From a virus (Duplodnaviria > Caudoviricetes): a DNA stretch of 40,920 nucleotides. The stretch covers positions 1-40,920 of the IMG/VR virus record IMGVR_UViG_3300027798_000093; one strand, 5' to 3'. Made by a program: the position numbers and the translations under genes. Below are positions 1 through 6,495 of the stretch, in pieces. The notes beneath the pieces were generated by a model, which had not been told where the DNA came from, did no database searches, and saw nothing but the letters and a program-made list of their open reading frames with translations. Position 1 is the stretch's first letter. Each line of letters opens with the position of its first letter.

Positions 1-101
1 GCGTGGTAGCCATCAAACGCCCATCTCGGGTCGCTTTGACAGCAAAGAGGCCGCTTTGGCACACCTTCGTAAACGCAATCCTTTACACACTGGAGTCTAA
101 T

Positions 102-749
102 ATGCCTAATTGGTGCAACAACTATCTGGAACTAGAACACGATGATCCAGTAATGATTACCCGGGCCCGTAAGGCCTTTGCTGAGGGCAAGCTCTTAGAA
201 GAGTTTTGCCCAGTGCCGGCAAGCCTACATATCGTATCAGGTCGCGTTGGTAGCGATGAGGATGCTGAACAGAAGAAGCTCGAAGAAGATACTGAACGAA
301 ACATTAAGGAGCATGGATATGGAAACTGGTACGACTACTGCGTCAACGAATGGGGAACGAAGTGGGATGTGGGTGGCGATGGTTATGAAGCGTCCGACAC
401 TAGCCCTAACGCCACGTCTATGGCTTTTGACAGTGCTTGGGCTCCTCCTACTGGTGCAATGGACAAGTTCATGGACCTAGGCTTCAAGGTCAAGTTGATC
501 TATTGGGAATCAGGCATGTGCTTCTGCGGTATCTACGATGAGAACGGTGATGACTACATGGACTACAGTGATATGAGTGCTGATGAAGTAGAAGCCAATA
601 TCAATTCCGAAGTAGACGAGTGTATGTGCATCGTAGAGAACCTGCGTGAGTGGGAAGAAGAGAACTCGGAAGACGAGGAAAACATCGACATCGATCTTGA
701 TGGCGGGTTGAGTGCAATTAACGAACAGGGACAAGATGAAAACAAATAA
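102..749 (+). CDS. DUF1281/YubB-like ferredoxin-domain protein
   Basis: MPNWCNN N-terminus, WYDYCVNEWGTKWD and FDSAWAPP motifs; start moved to ATG 102 after GGAG at 92-95. Confidence 0.7.
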   Translation: MPNWCNNYLELEHDDPVMITRARKAFAEGKLLEEFCPVPASLHIVSGRVGSDEDAEQKKLEEDTERNIKEHGYGNWYDYCVNEWGTKWDVGGDGYEASDTSPNATSMAFDSAWAPPTGAMDKFMDLGFKVKLIYWESGMCFCGIYDENGDDYMDYSDMSADEVEANINSEVDECMCIVENLREWEEENSEDEENIDIDLDGGLSAINEQGQDENK

Positions 750-867
750 AGAAAAGAACGTCGAACACGATGCAAGGATGCAGGAACGGGTGCGTCCCAA
801 ACAGCCTGAATACAATTGGCGACCATTGGAGGCTGTGATCCGGCAGTGGATCCTGAACAGTAAATGA
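736..867 (+). CDS. small hypothetical protein (43 aa, not in ORF track)
   Basis: Hand translation MKTNKEKNVEHDARMQERVRPKQPEYNWRPLEAVIRQWILNSK; fills the gap and has an ATGA overlap with the ORF at 864. Confidence 0.6.
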   Translation: MKTNKEKNVEHDARMQERVRPKQPEYNWRPLEAVIRQWILNSK

Positions 868-1118
868 GCGTCTTAGAACTTAGCGGTCGGCCGTATGTAG
901 TATTCAATCCTGCAGACAAACTGCATCGATCTTACTATCATAATTTCGTTCTAACAAAGACTTGGGGTATGTGTCCAGTTCGATTCGTAGTCCCAGAGGA
1001 TCACGGCGATTTGATCACAATGATCCAACGAAGTTTGGTTAAGTTCTATGTCGAGCGCGAGTTCAAGCATGTGGCACAAAAGCCACAAGTTTTGATTCGC
1101 CAAAAGAGGAAGAAATAG
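864..1118 (+). CDS. hypothetical protein
   Basis: 84-aa ORF in the + strand early run, ending just before a promoter. Confidence 0.7.
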   Translation: MSVLELSGRPYVVFNPADKLHRSYYHNFVLTKTWGMCPVRFVVPEDHGDLITMIQRSLVKFYVEREFKHVAQKPQVLIRQKRKK

Positions 1119-1119
1119 G

Positions 1120-1148
1120 TTGACAACTAACCAAAGTAGTTGTATAAT
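1120..1148 (+). promoter_or_regulatory. sigma70-type early promoter
   Basis: TTGACA(1120-1125)-N17-TATAAT(1143-1148). Confidence 0.9.
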
Positions 1149-1213
1149 TAGGACATGCAGAAGAGATTGGCTCGGATGCATTAATTTTAAACACACACAG
1201 AAAGAGGCACATC

Positions 1214-1576
1214 ATGGCTACAGATAAAACATTTAAGGTATTTGGCGTTTCTAAACTCGATGGTGAGTACAAGGTTCGCTTTGCAAATGATATCATGCGT
1301 ATCAAAGTACTTGCTAAACACGGTCACGAAGACATTCGATTGGCTGAAGTTGACACGGCTTTGACCAAGTACGAAGGTATTCTAGCTATCCAGTCTATGG
1401 AAGACTTCCAAGACGCGGCAGCTCAGTCAGCTATTGCTGAGTACCTTGAGGAAAAGGCACCTAAGGCTAAGGCAACTAAGCCAGTGGCTAAGGCAGCTCC
1501 TGCTCCTAAAGCCAAAGCAACTAAGGCTCCTGCAAAGGCAGTCAAGGTTACAGAAGACGAAGACGCACCGTTCTAA
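1214..1576 (+). CDS. hypothetical protein with Lys/Ala/Pro-rich histone-H1-like tail
   Basis: KAPKAKATKPVAKAAPAPKAKATKAPAKAVK followed by an acidic tip EDEDAPF; GAGG RBS; own promoter. Confidence 0.75.
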   Translation: MATDKTFKVFGVSKLDGEYKVRFANDIMRIKVLAKHGHEDIRLAEVDTALTKYEGILAIQSMEDFQDAAAQSAIAEYLEEKAPKAKATKPVAKAAPAPKAKATKAPAKAVKVTEDEDAPF

Positions 1577-1761
1577 TGCGTTATGCACCCTCGCTCAGTA
1601 CAGACTACAGCCCACATAGGGTTGTAGTCAGAGACTTCAAAACGGAGCCTCCTGGGCGGGTGCTACTAATCATAGCTAGAGACAATCAACACGAAGCTGA
1701 ACAGATAGCAGTTACCATCTGCGATCTACTCAATAAACAAGAAACCGACACAACAACATGA
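1576..1761 (+). CDS. hypothetical protein
   Basis: 61 aa; TAATG overlap with the upstream gene. Confidence 0.65.
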   Translation: MRYAPSLSTDYSPHRVVVRDFKTEPPGRVLLIIARDNQHEAEQIAVTICDLLNKQETDTTT

Positions 1762-1946
1762 ACTGGGAACTATATGAGGTTTGGTCCGTTGATATAGACG
1801 GGCACGAGGAACTCATTGACACCACAAAGAGTCTTAAGGAAGCCAAGCAGATTGCAGAGATTAACATCACCGACTACTACGTCGAGTGCATAATCTACGC
1901 AGAGGATCCAGAAGGCGACCTTGTAGAGCTAGAGCGAGTTAAGTAA
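1758..1946 (+). CDS. hypothetical acidic protein
   Basis: 62 aa; ATGA overlap with the upstream gene. Confidence 0.7.
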   Translation: MNWELYEVWSVDIDGHEELIDTTKSLKEAKQIAEINITDYYVECIIYAEDPEGDLVELERVK

Positions 1947-1952
1947 AGAGTA

Positions 1953-2029
1953 GGGCCTCTAGCTCATTCGGTTAGAGCAGAGGACTCATAATCCTTTGGT
2001 GCGGAGTTCGAATCTCCGGGGGCCCACCA
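1953..2029 (+). tRNA. tRNA with CAT anticodon, most likely tRNA-Ile2 (lysidine)
   Basis: Acceptor GGGCCTC/GGGGCCC, discriminator A, encoded CCA; anticodon arm GAGGA-CTCATAA-TCCTT; T arm CGGAG-TTCGAAT-CTCCG; paired 1:72 and C4-G69/C5-G68 favour Ile2 over fMet/Met. Confidence 0.92.
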
Positions 2030-2036
2030 GATCAGG

Positions 2037-2069
2037 GCTGTTGTTTTTACGCAACAGCTCTTTTCTTTT
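2037..2069 (+). terminator. possible intrinsic terminator after the tRNA (overlaps a palindromic motif)
   Basis: GCTGTTG-N8-CAACAGC followed by TCTTTTCTTTT. Confidence 0.5.
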
Positions 2070-2071
2070 GG

Positions 2072-2100
2072 TTGACAGTTCGGGCTTGAATTGCTATAAT
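2072..2100 (+). promoter_or_regulatory. sigma70-type early promoter
   Basis: TTGACA(2072-2077)-N17-TATAAT(2095-2100). Confidence 0.9.
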
Positions 2101-2126
2101 ACACACATAGACAATAAGGAGCAAAG

Positions 2127-2414
2127 ATGGACAAGAGCGTACACATTCCCGGAGCACCAGAGTACATAGCAACTCCAATCACTCCCCAAGCCATGGTGGC
2201 ACACGGCCTTATGATTTTGAACAGACAGCACGGCGGATGCTATGATAGAGGCTCAGCAGACAGCTACTACCGTCGTCCCCCAAGCCCACACAAGTACCCT
2301 ATGGGCACTTACAATGGTGACCCTGTAACAGAGCTCACAGCTGACGAAGTAGCGGCCTATATGAAGGGCTACATGGACAACGAACAGAGCGGCGACTTCA
2401 AAGACTGGGGTTGA
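2127..2414 (+). CDS. hypothetical protein
   Basis: 95 aa; AAGGAGC RBS; own promoter; stop TGA lies inside the next -35 box. Confidence 0.8.
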   Translation: MDKSVHIPGAPEYIATPITPQAMVAHGLMILNRQHGGCYDRGSADSYYRRPPSPHKYPMGTYNGDPVTELTADEVAAYMKGYMDNEQSGDFKDWG

Positions 2415-2439
2415 CACTCTGGGTCCAAACTGCTATAAT
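2411..2439 (+). promoter_or_regulatory. sigma70-type early promoter
   Basis: TTGACA(2411-2416)-N17-TATAAT(2434-2439). Confidence 0.9.
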
Positions 2440-2472
2440 TAGGACATGAACAGCAACACACAGGAGCACAAG

Positions 2473-2655
2473 ATGAAAGTTACCGTTGACATCCCAAAGA
2501 GCATCATAGACAACATCAAGCGATCCGCCGAGTCCAACGGTGTGACCCCCACTAAGGCCCAAATCCAAGAGTTCCTGGAATGGCATGTAGAGGGCGTCTA
2601 TGCCGACTTCCACACAGAAGATCTGGACGATATTACAGCTGATAATTTCGGTTGA
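2473..2655 (+). CDS. hypothetical protein
   Basis: Start moved to ATG 2473 after AGGAGC at 2462-2467; stop TGA inside the next -35 box. Confidence 0.75.
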   Translation: MKVTVDIPKSIIDNIKRSAESNGVTPTKAQIQEFLEWHVEGVYADFHTEDLDDITADNFG

Positions 2656-2680
2656 CACTTCGAGCTCGATCTAGTATAAT
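2652..2680 (+). promoter_or_regulatory. sigma70-type early promoter
   Basis: TTGACA(2652-2657)-N17-TATAAT(2675-2680). Confidence 0.9.
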
Positions 2681-2713
2681 ACACACATACACAGCAAATA
2701 AGGAGCGAAACTT

Positions 2714-3058
2714 ATGCAACTACTAATCACAACACAAACCCAAGAGAACTACGGTGCCCATGATTGGGACGGCGAAGGTGAGTGCCCACAGTACTGGAAG
2801 TTCAAAGGCGGTCAGGATTACAAATATGACCTGGCAGGCTTCCGCTTCGAAAGCGAGTTCTGCGACAAGAACCTGCGCATGATCGTGGACGGCCTGAGAG
2901 ATCAGATTGAAGAGAACAACGACTACTATCGTAACAACATCATCGGCTATCAAGTAGTAGAAGACAACTACCTCACTGAGTTCGAGCAGAGCCAGTTGGA
3001 TTACGAAGGCCGTATCACATATCCCGCAACCCGTTTAGAAATGAAGGAGCCTGTATAA
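2714..3058 (+). CDS. hypothetical phage protein
   Basis: 114 aa with ENYGAHDWDG..CPQYWKFKGG; RBS AGGAGCGAA. Confidence 0.85.
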   Translation: MQLLITTQTQENYGAHDWDGEGECPQYWKFKGGQDYKYDLAGFRFESEFCDKNLRMIVDGLRDQIEENNDYYRNNIIGYQVVEDNYLTEFEQSQLDYEGRITYPATRLEMKEPV

Positions 3059-3255
3059 TGTACAACATCGTTAAGAACCCTATTCCACGCTCAGGACTTT
3101 GGGCAACTCCAACCCTAGAGCAGATCCAAACACAGATCGAAGGCTTCCCGCCCGAGATCCGTGCCCAGATGCATCACGTGATGATGCTGACCCTCAATGC
3201 CTGCAACAAGCTGGTAGAGGACGAGATCCTATCTAAAGAGATCTTTGCACAATGA
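3058..3255 (+). CDS. hypothetical protein
   Basis: 65 aa; TAATG overlap; AAGGAGC RBS. Confidence 0.75.
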   Translation: MYNIVKNPIPRSGLWATPTLEQIQTQIEGFPPEIRAQMHHVMMLTLNACNKLVEDEILSKEIFAQ

Positions 3256-3353
3256 ACGACATCCTGTATGCGTTCTATATGACCATGGAGCTGTGGATTT
3301 TTTGCGGAATCCTGTTGACAGCTTTGGTGATTGAAGCTATAATTACTACTTAA
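3252..3353 (+). CDS. small single-pass membrane peptide (33 aa, not in ORF track)
   Basis: Hand translation MNDILYAFYMTMELWIFCGILLTALVIEAIITT; ATGA overlap with the upstream stop. Confidence 0.45.
   Translation: MNDILYAFYMTMELWIFCGILLTALVIEAIITT
3315..3343 (+). promoter_or_regulatory. sigma70-type early promoter
   Basis: TTGACA(3315-3320)-N17-TATAAT(3338-3343). Confidence 0.9.
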
Positions 3354-3375
3354 ACAGCACACAGGAGCGAACCTA

Positions 3376-3576
3376 ATGCGTACACAAACAAACAAGCTAC
3401 TAGAGATGATGGACGAAGGTGTCATCAGCGCCCAATCTATTGCAGAGATGGCTCTGTCTTACATGTCAGAAGATGACGTGGCAGACATGATGCGAGCCAA
3501 CGATATCCTGGAAGAAGAGGATGATGGACAACCCGACGAAGCTCAGGAATGGGCGGACTTTGACGCAGACTGCTAA
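3376..3576 (+). CDS. hypothetical acidic protein
   Basis: 66 aa ending DGQPDEAQEWADFDADC; RBS AGGAGCGAA. Confidence 0.8.
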   Translation: MRTQTNKLLEMMDEGVISAQSIAEMALSYMSEDDVADMMRANDILEEEDDGQPDEAQEWADFDADC

Positions 3577-3582
3577 TAGCAG

Positions 3583-3611
3583 TTGACAGGCCAACTAAAA
3601 GATAGTATAAT
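3583..3611 (+). promoter_or_regulatory. sigma70-type early promoter
   Basis: TTGACA(3583-3588)-N17-TATAAT(3606-3611). Confidence 0.9.
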
Positions 3612-3643
3612 TAAGACTTAAACAGCAACAAGGAGCGACCCAA

Positions 3644-4027
3644 ATGGCTAAATTAAATTATGACAAGTTCGCAAGCTTCGACCTTAACGAAGCCTGTGAC
3701 CACTTTGACTGTACCGATCAACGGGCCTGGAAGAAGATCCGCCCTTTCATCGTAGCAGACGGTGAAGAGTACGCAGAGGTCATGCTTAAAGAGTTTGACT
3801 ACGATGAAGTCCATGACGGCGAGTACCAGACATTTGAAGCAGGCGTTAAATATGCACTAACTAAGATGAACTTGGCATTTGAGAAGGCAGGAGTGGACCT
3901 CCAGATCTGCGAGGTAGACTTGGTAGAGAGCATGGGCTTTATGTTAGTACGTTGCGATGACGAGCCCGAGGACTTTGTAAAACGGGTCTTGAAGAAGCCC
4001 GTCATGATGGTGGACAGCTGGGTCTAA
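3644..4027 (+). CDS. hypothetical protein
   Basis: 127 aa; RBS AGGAGCGA; own promoter. Confidence 0.8.
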   Translation: MAKLNYDKFASFDLNEACDHFDCTDQRAWKKIRPFIVADGEEYAEVMLKEFDYDEVHDGEYQTFEAGVKYALTKMNLAFEKAGVDLQICEVDLVESMGFMLVRCDDEPEDFVKRVLKKPVMMVDSWV

Positions 4028-4087
4028 AGAGTTGCCAAAGAGTCAGCCTACCACTAGACCCTGCAACACGCCTGGGCACTTCGTAGG

Positions 4088-4116
4088 TTGACACTGAGGC
4101 ACTTTGACAGTATAAT
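4088..4116 (+). promoter_or_regulatory. sigma70-type early promoter
   Basis: TTGACA(4088-4093)-N17-TATAAT(4111-4116). Confidence 0.9.
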
Positions 4117-4150
4117 TAACACTTACACAAACACAATGGAGCGAAACATT

Positions 4151-4474
4151 ATGGTAACAGCAGAACAGATCCAAAAGGGCCTTCCACTAGCAATCCAAGC
4201 TAGCCAGGACATGTACACCAAAATTGGCGGCGACAGGTTTGCCTGTGGCTTTGCTTGGGTAGACGTGTTCGTGGATCGTACCAACAGCAAACAAGCCAAA
4301 GAGCTGATCGCCGCTGGCTTTAAGAAAGACTACAAGCCCAAGTGCTTGAGCTTTTGGAACCCAGGTGGACTTGGTGTGCAGAACGTAGACATCAAAGAAG
4401 CGGGTGCAGATGCCCTGGCCACATACCTCCGTGCATTGGGTTTGAATGCATACAGTGGTAGCAGATTGGATTAA
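4151..4474 (+). CDS. hypothetical phage protein
   Basis: CGFAWV and C-terminal SRLD motifs; start moved to ATG 4151 after GGAGCGAA at 4138-4145. Confidence 0.8.
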   Translation: MVTAEQIQKGLPLAIQASQDMYTKIGGDRFACGFAWVDVFVDRTNSKQAKELIAAGFKKDYKPKCLSFWNPGGLGVQNVDIKEAGADALATYLRALGLNAYSGSRLD

Positions 4475-4491
4475 TTGCATACCAAAGGGCG

Positions 4492-4520
4492 TTGACTAAC
4501 AGCGCCCTTGAGTGTACAAT
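4492..4520 (+). promoter_or_regulatory. sigma70-type promoter of the AAA ATPase, overlapped by an inverted repeat
   Basis: TTGACT(4492-4497)-N17-TACAAT(4515-4520); AAGGGCG...CGCCCTT flanks the -35 box. Confidence 0.8.
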
Positions 4521-4550
4521 TACAACTTCAACAGCGTAAAAGGAGCGATT

Positions 4551-5426
4551 ATGGCGAAGGTTATTACTAGTAAGATGCTTATGGCATTGCAGGATGCAGA
4601 CACATTCAAGGTAGTTGAGACTGTTAAAGATCTCACTAATGAAACAGACGAAGAGATCATGGAACGTATTGGCGCACGTTTCGACATTCTAGAAGACATG
4701 ACCCGTGCGGTTAAGAAGGGTGATGTTAAGAGCATGATCGTTACTGGCCCTCCAGGCGTTGGTAAGAGCTACGGCGTAGAGAAGGTACTGAGCAAGCATG
4801 ACGTGTTTGCTACAGTAGCACAGGACGAGAAGCTGAAGAAGTACGAAGTAGTCAAGGGCGCAATGAGTGCGATTGGCTTGTACTCAAAGCTGTATGAGTT
4901 CTCAGACAAGAAGTGCATACTGGTGTTCGATGACTGTGACTCAGTACTGCAAGACGAGCTGAGCCTTAACATTCTCAAAGCCGCATTGGATTCGGGCAAG
5001 AAGCGCATGATCCATTGGAACACAGACAGCAGACTGCTACGCTCAGAAGGTGTGCCCAACAGCTTTGAATTCAAAGGCGGCGCGATCTTCATCACCAACA
5101 TCAAGTTCGAGAATGTGCGCTCAAAGAAGCTGAAGGATCACTTGGAAGCACTTGAGTCACGCTGTCACTACTTGGACTTGACCATTGACACTGAGCGTGA
5201 GAAGCTCCTGCGCATCCGTCAGGTAGTACGTGACACAGGCATGCTGGACGAGTACGAGATCGAAGACTGGGCCAAGCAAGAGGTAGTGGACTTCATCAGC
5301 ACCAATGCCAAACGTATGCGTGAGCTCAGCTTGCGTATGGTGCTGAAGGTAGCAGACATCCGAGTCAGCATGCCACACAACTGGAAGGCAGTAGTAGAGG
5401 TTACATGTATGCGCAACGCTCGCTAA
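4551..5426 (+). CDS. AAA+ family P-loop ATPase
   Basis: Walker A GPPGVGKS, Walker B ILVFDD, sensor IFITN, arginine finger ALESRC; start moved to ATG 4551 after AGGAGCGA. Confidence 0.88.
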   Translation: MAKVITSKMLMALQDADTFKVVETVKDLTNETDEEIMERIGARFDILEDMTRAVKKGDVKSMIVTGPPGVGKSYGVEKVLSKHDVFATVAQDEKLKKYEVVKGAMSAIGLYSKLYEFSDKKCILVFDDCDSVLQDELSLNILKAALDSGKKRMIHWNTDSRLLRSEGVPNSFEFKGGAIFITNIKFENVRSKKLKDHLEALESRCHYLDLTIDTEREKLLRIRQVVRDTGMLDEYEIEDWAKQEVVDFISTNAKRMRELSLRMVLKVADIRVSMPHNWKAVVEVTCMRNAR

Positions 5427-5435
5427 GGGCTAGCG

Positions 5436-5604
5436 TGTACAGCTACAGCATAGTGCCGCAGAGTGCTAGCTGTAGTGCAGTAGGACAGCCCAACGATTCG
5501 CTCCCGGCAAGCTGTCCATGTAGGAAGAACTAACGCCAACAAGGCAATGGTTCTTGATCCCCACCCGTAAATCCGATTCGCTCCCGGTAGGTGGGGATTT
5601 TTTT
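5436..5604 (+). ncRNA. candidate four-hairpin regulatory RNA with two anti-RBS loops
   Basis: Stems TACAGCTA/TAGCTGTA, GGACAGC/GCTGTCC, AAGAAC/GTTCTT, ATCCCCACC/GGTGGGGAT+T-run; CGATTCGCTCCCGG at 5494-5507 and 5574-5587. Confidence 0.65.
5557..5604 (+). terminator. intrinsic terminator closing the early region
   Basis: 9-bp stem ATCCCCACC(5557-5565)/GGTGGGGAT(5590-5598) followed by a T-run to 5604. Confidence 0.8.
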
Positions 5605-5727
5605 GGCTCGACATTCAGAGGCGGGTCGGCATAGATAATATCTTTTTGGGTGGGGTGGCCGGACATGCATTTATAAACTTTGTTGCTTTTACGCAACAGC
5701 GCATGCCTATTTTTTCATGGCATATAG

Positions 5728-5813
5728 GTGCAAAATCACCAGGGTGAATCTGTAAGTACTTCACCATAATTTTTTACGAGCAAGAAAAATAAGAGCAAAA
5801 GACCCATTCAGGG
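5728..5813 (+). repeat. imperfect direct repeat, copy 1 (copy 2 at 6405-6491)
   Basis: Shared blocks GTGYAAAATCACCAG, TAAGTACT, AATTTTTTACG, GACCCATT in the same order. Confidence 0.7.
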
Positions 5814-5823
5814 TAAATATTTC

Positions 5824-6405
5824 ATGCAACTAACTGCCACATCAAAGCCTCTACTATACTCAGCTAGCATGCCAATCACGGGTGACTTACAGTTAGATCA
5901 CCTTCCCTGGCAGTCTGTAGCACAGCCACCTCCGGGATTCGAATATAGAAACATACTGCAAAACTTTGACGCTTGCAACCCAATACTAACCACAGTTATC
6001 AATCACATAAGAAACTGTCAATATACACTGCTAGACACCTTGTGGACCAATGACTACTTTAAACAGCATTTATGGGGCTGTGCCACATTGGATCAACTCA
6101 AAAGCATTGTTAGTCCATATATAGAGCTGACTAGAGATCAACCAGGTTATTACTGTGTGCGTCATGTGGACAATCTCAGAGCCATTACTACAGGTATGAT
6201 ATTCTTCAATGATCAGCATTCTCCACGCAGTAGCACAAGATTCTATACTAAACAGTACAGTCTACGATCATTAACTATGCCATCGGGCATGGGACAAGGT
6301 TGGTACACAGCCAATTGGCACGACTGCTGGCACAGTGGCGCCAATCGTACAAGTACTGTGCGCTACAGTGTTAAATTTGGATTAAACCTTACATTGCCTG
6401 ACTAG
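5824..6405 (+). CDS. 2OG-Fe(II) oxygenase-like protein
   Basis: HxD (RHVDN), distal His (WHSG) and R-Y-S; TAAATA 4 nt before the ATG. Confidence 0.65.
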   Translation: MQLTATSKPLLYSASMPITGDLQLDHLPWQSVAQPPPGFEYRNILQNFDACNPILTTVINHIRNCQYTLLDTLWTNDYFKQHLWGCATLDQLKSIVSPYIELTRDQPGYYCVRHVDNLRAITTGMIFFNDQHSPRSSTRFYTKQYSLRSLTMPSGMGQGWYTANWHDCWHSGANRTSTVRYSVKFGLNLTLPD

Positions 6406-6491
6406 TGTAAAATCACCAGACCCGGACTGTTAAGTACTGTGTCAAATTTTTTACGCAACTATTTTTTCAAGTCGCAAGGACCCATTTCGGG
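6405..6491 (+). repeat. imperfect direct repeat, copy 2
   Basis: Same four blocks as 5728-5813. Confidence 0.7.
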
Positions 6492-6495
6492 CCTT

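Noticed and set aside
1953-2029. Initiator tRNA-fMet call
   Set aside because: G1:C72 is paired and the anticodon stem lacks three consecutive G:C pairs.
1964-2194. 76-aa minus-strand ORF
   Set aside because: Antisense shadow of the tRNA and a promoter.
3-4550. Longest-ORF starts at 3, 2446, 4088 and 4512
   Set aside because: They overlap promoters or lack an RBS; downstream ATGs at 102, 2473, 4151 and 4551 have clear RBSs.
5494-5587. 14-bp direct repeat as a mini CRISPR array
   Set aside because: Only two copies, repeat too short, 66-nt structured spacer, and no cas genes in the window.
5423-5696. Minus-strand ORFs 5423-5614 and 5466-5696
   Set aside because: No RBS or recognisable protein features; they overlap hairpins and a + strand terminator.
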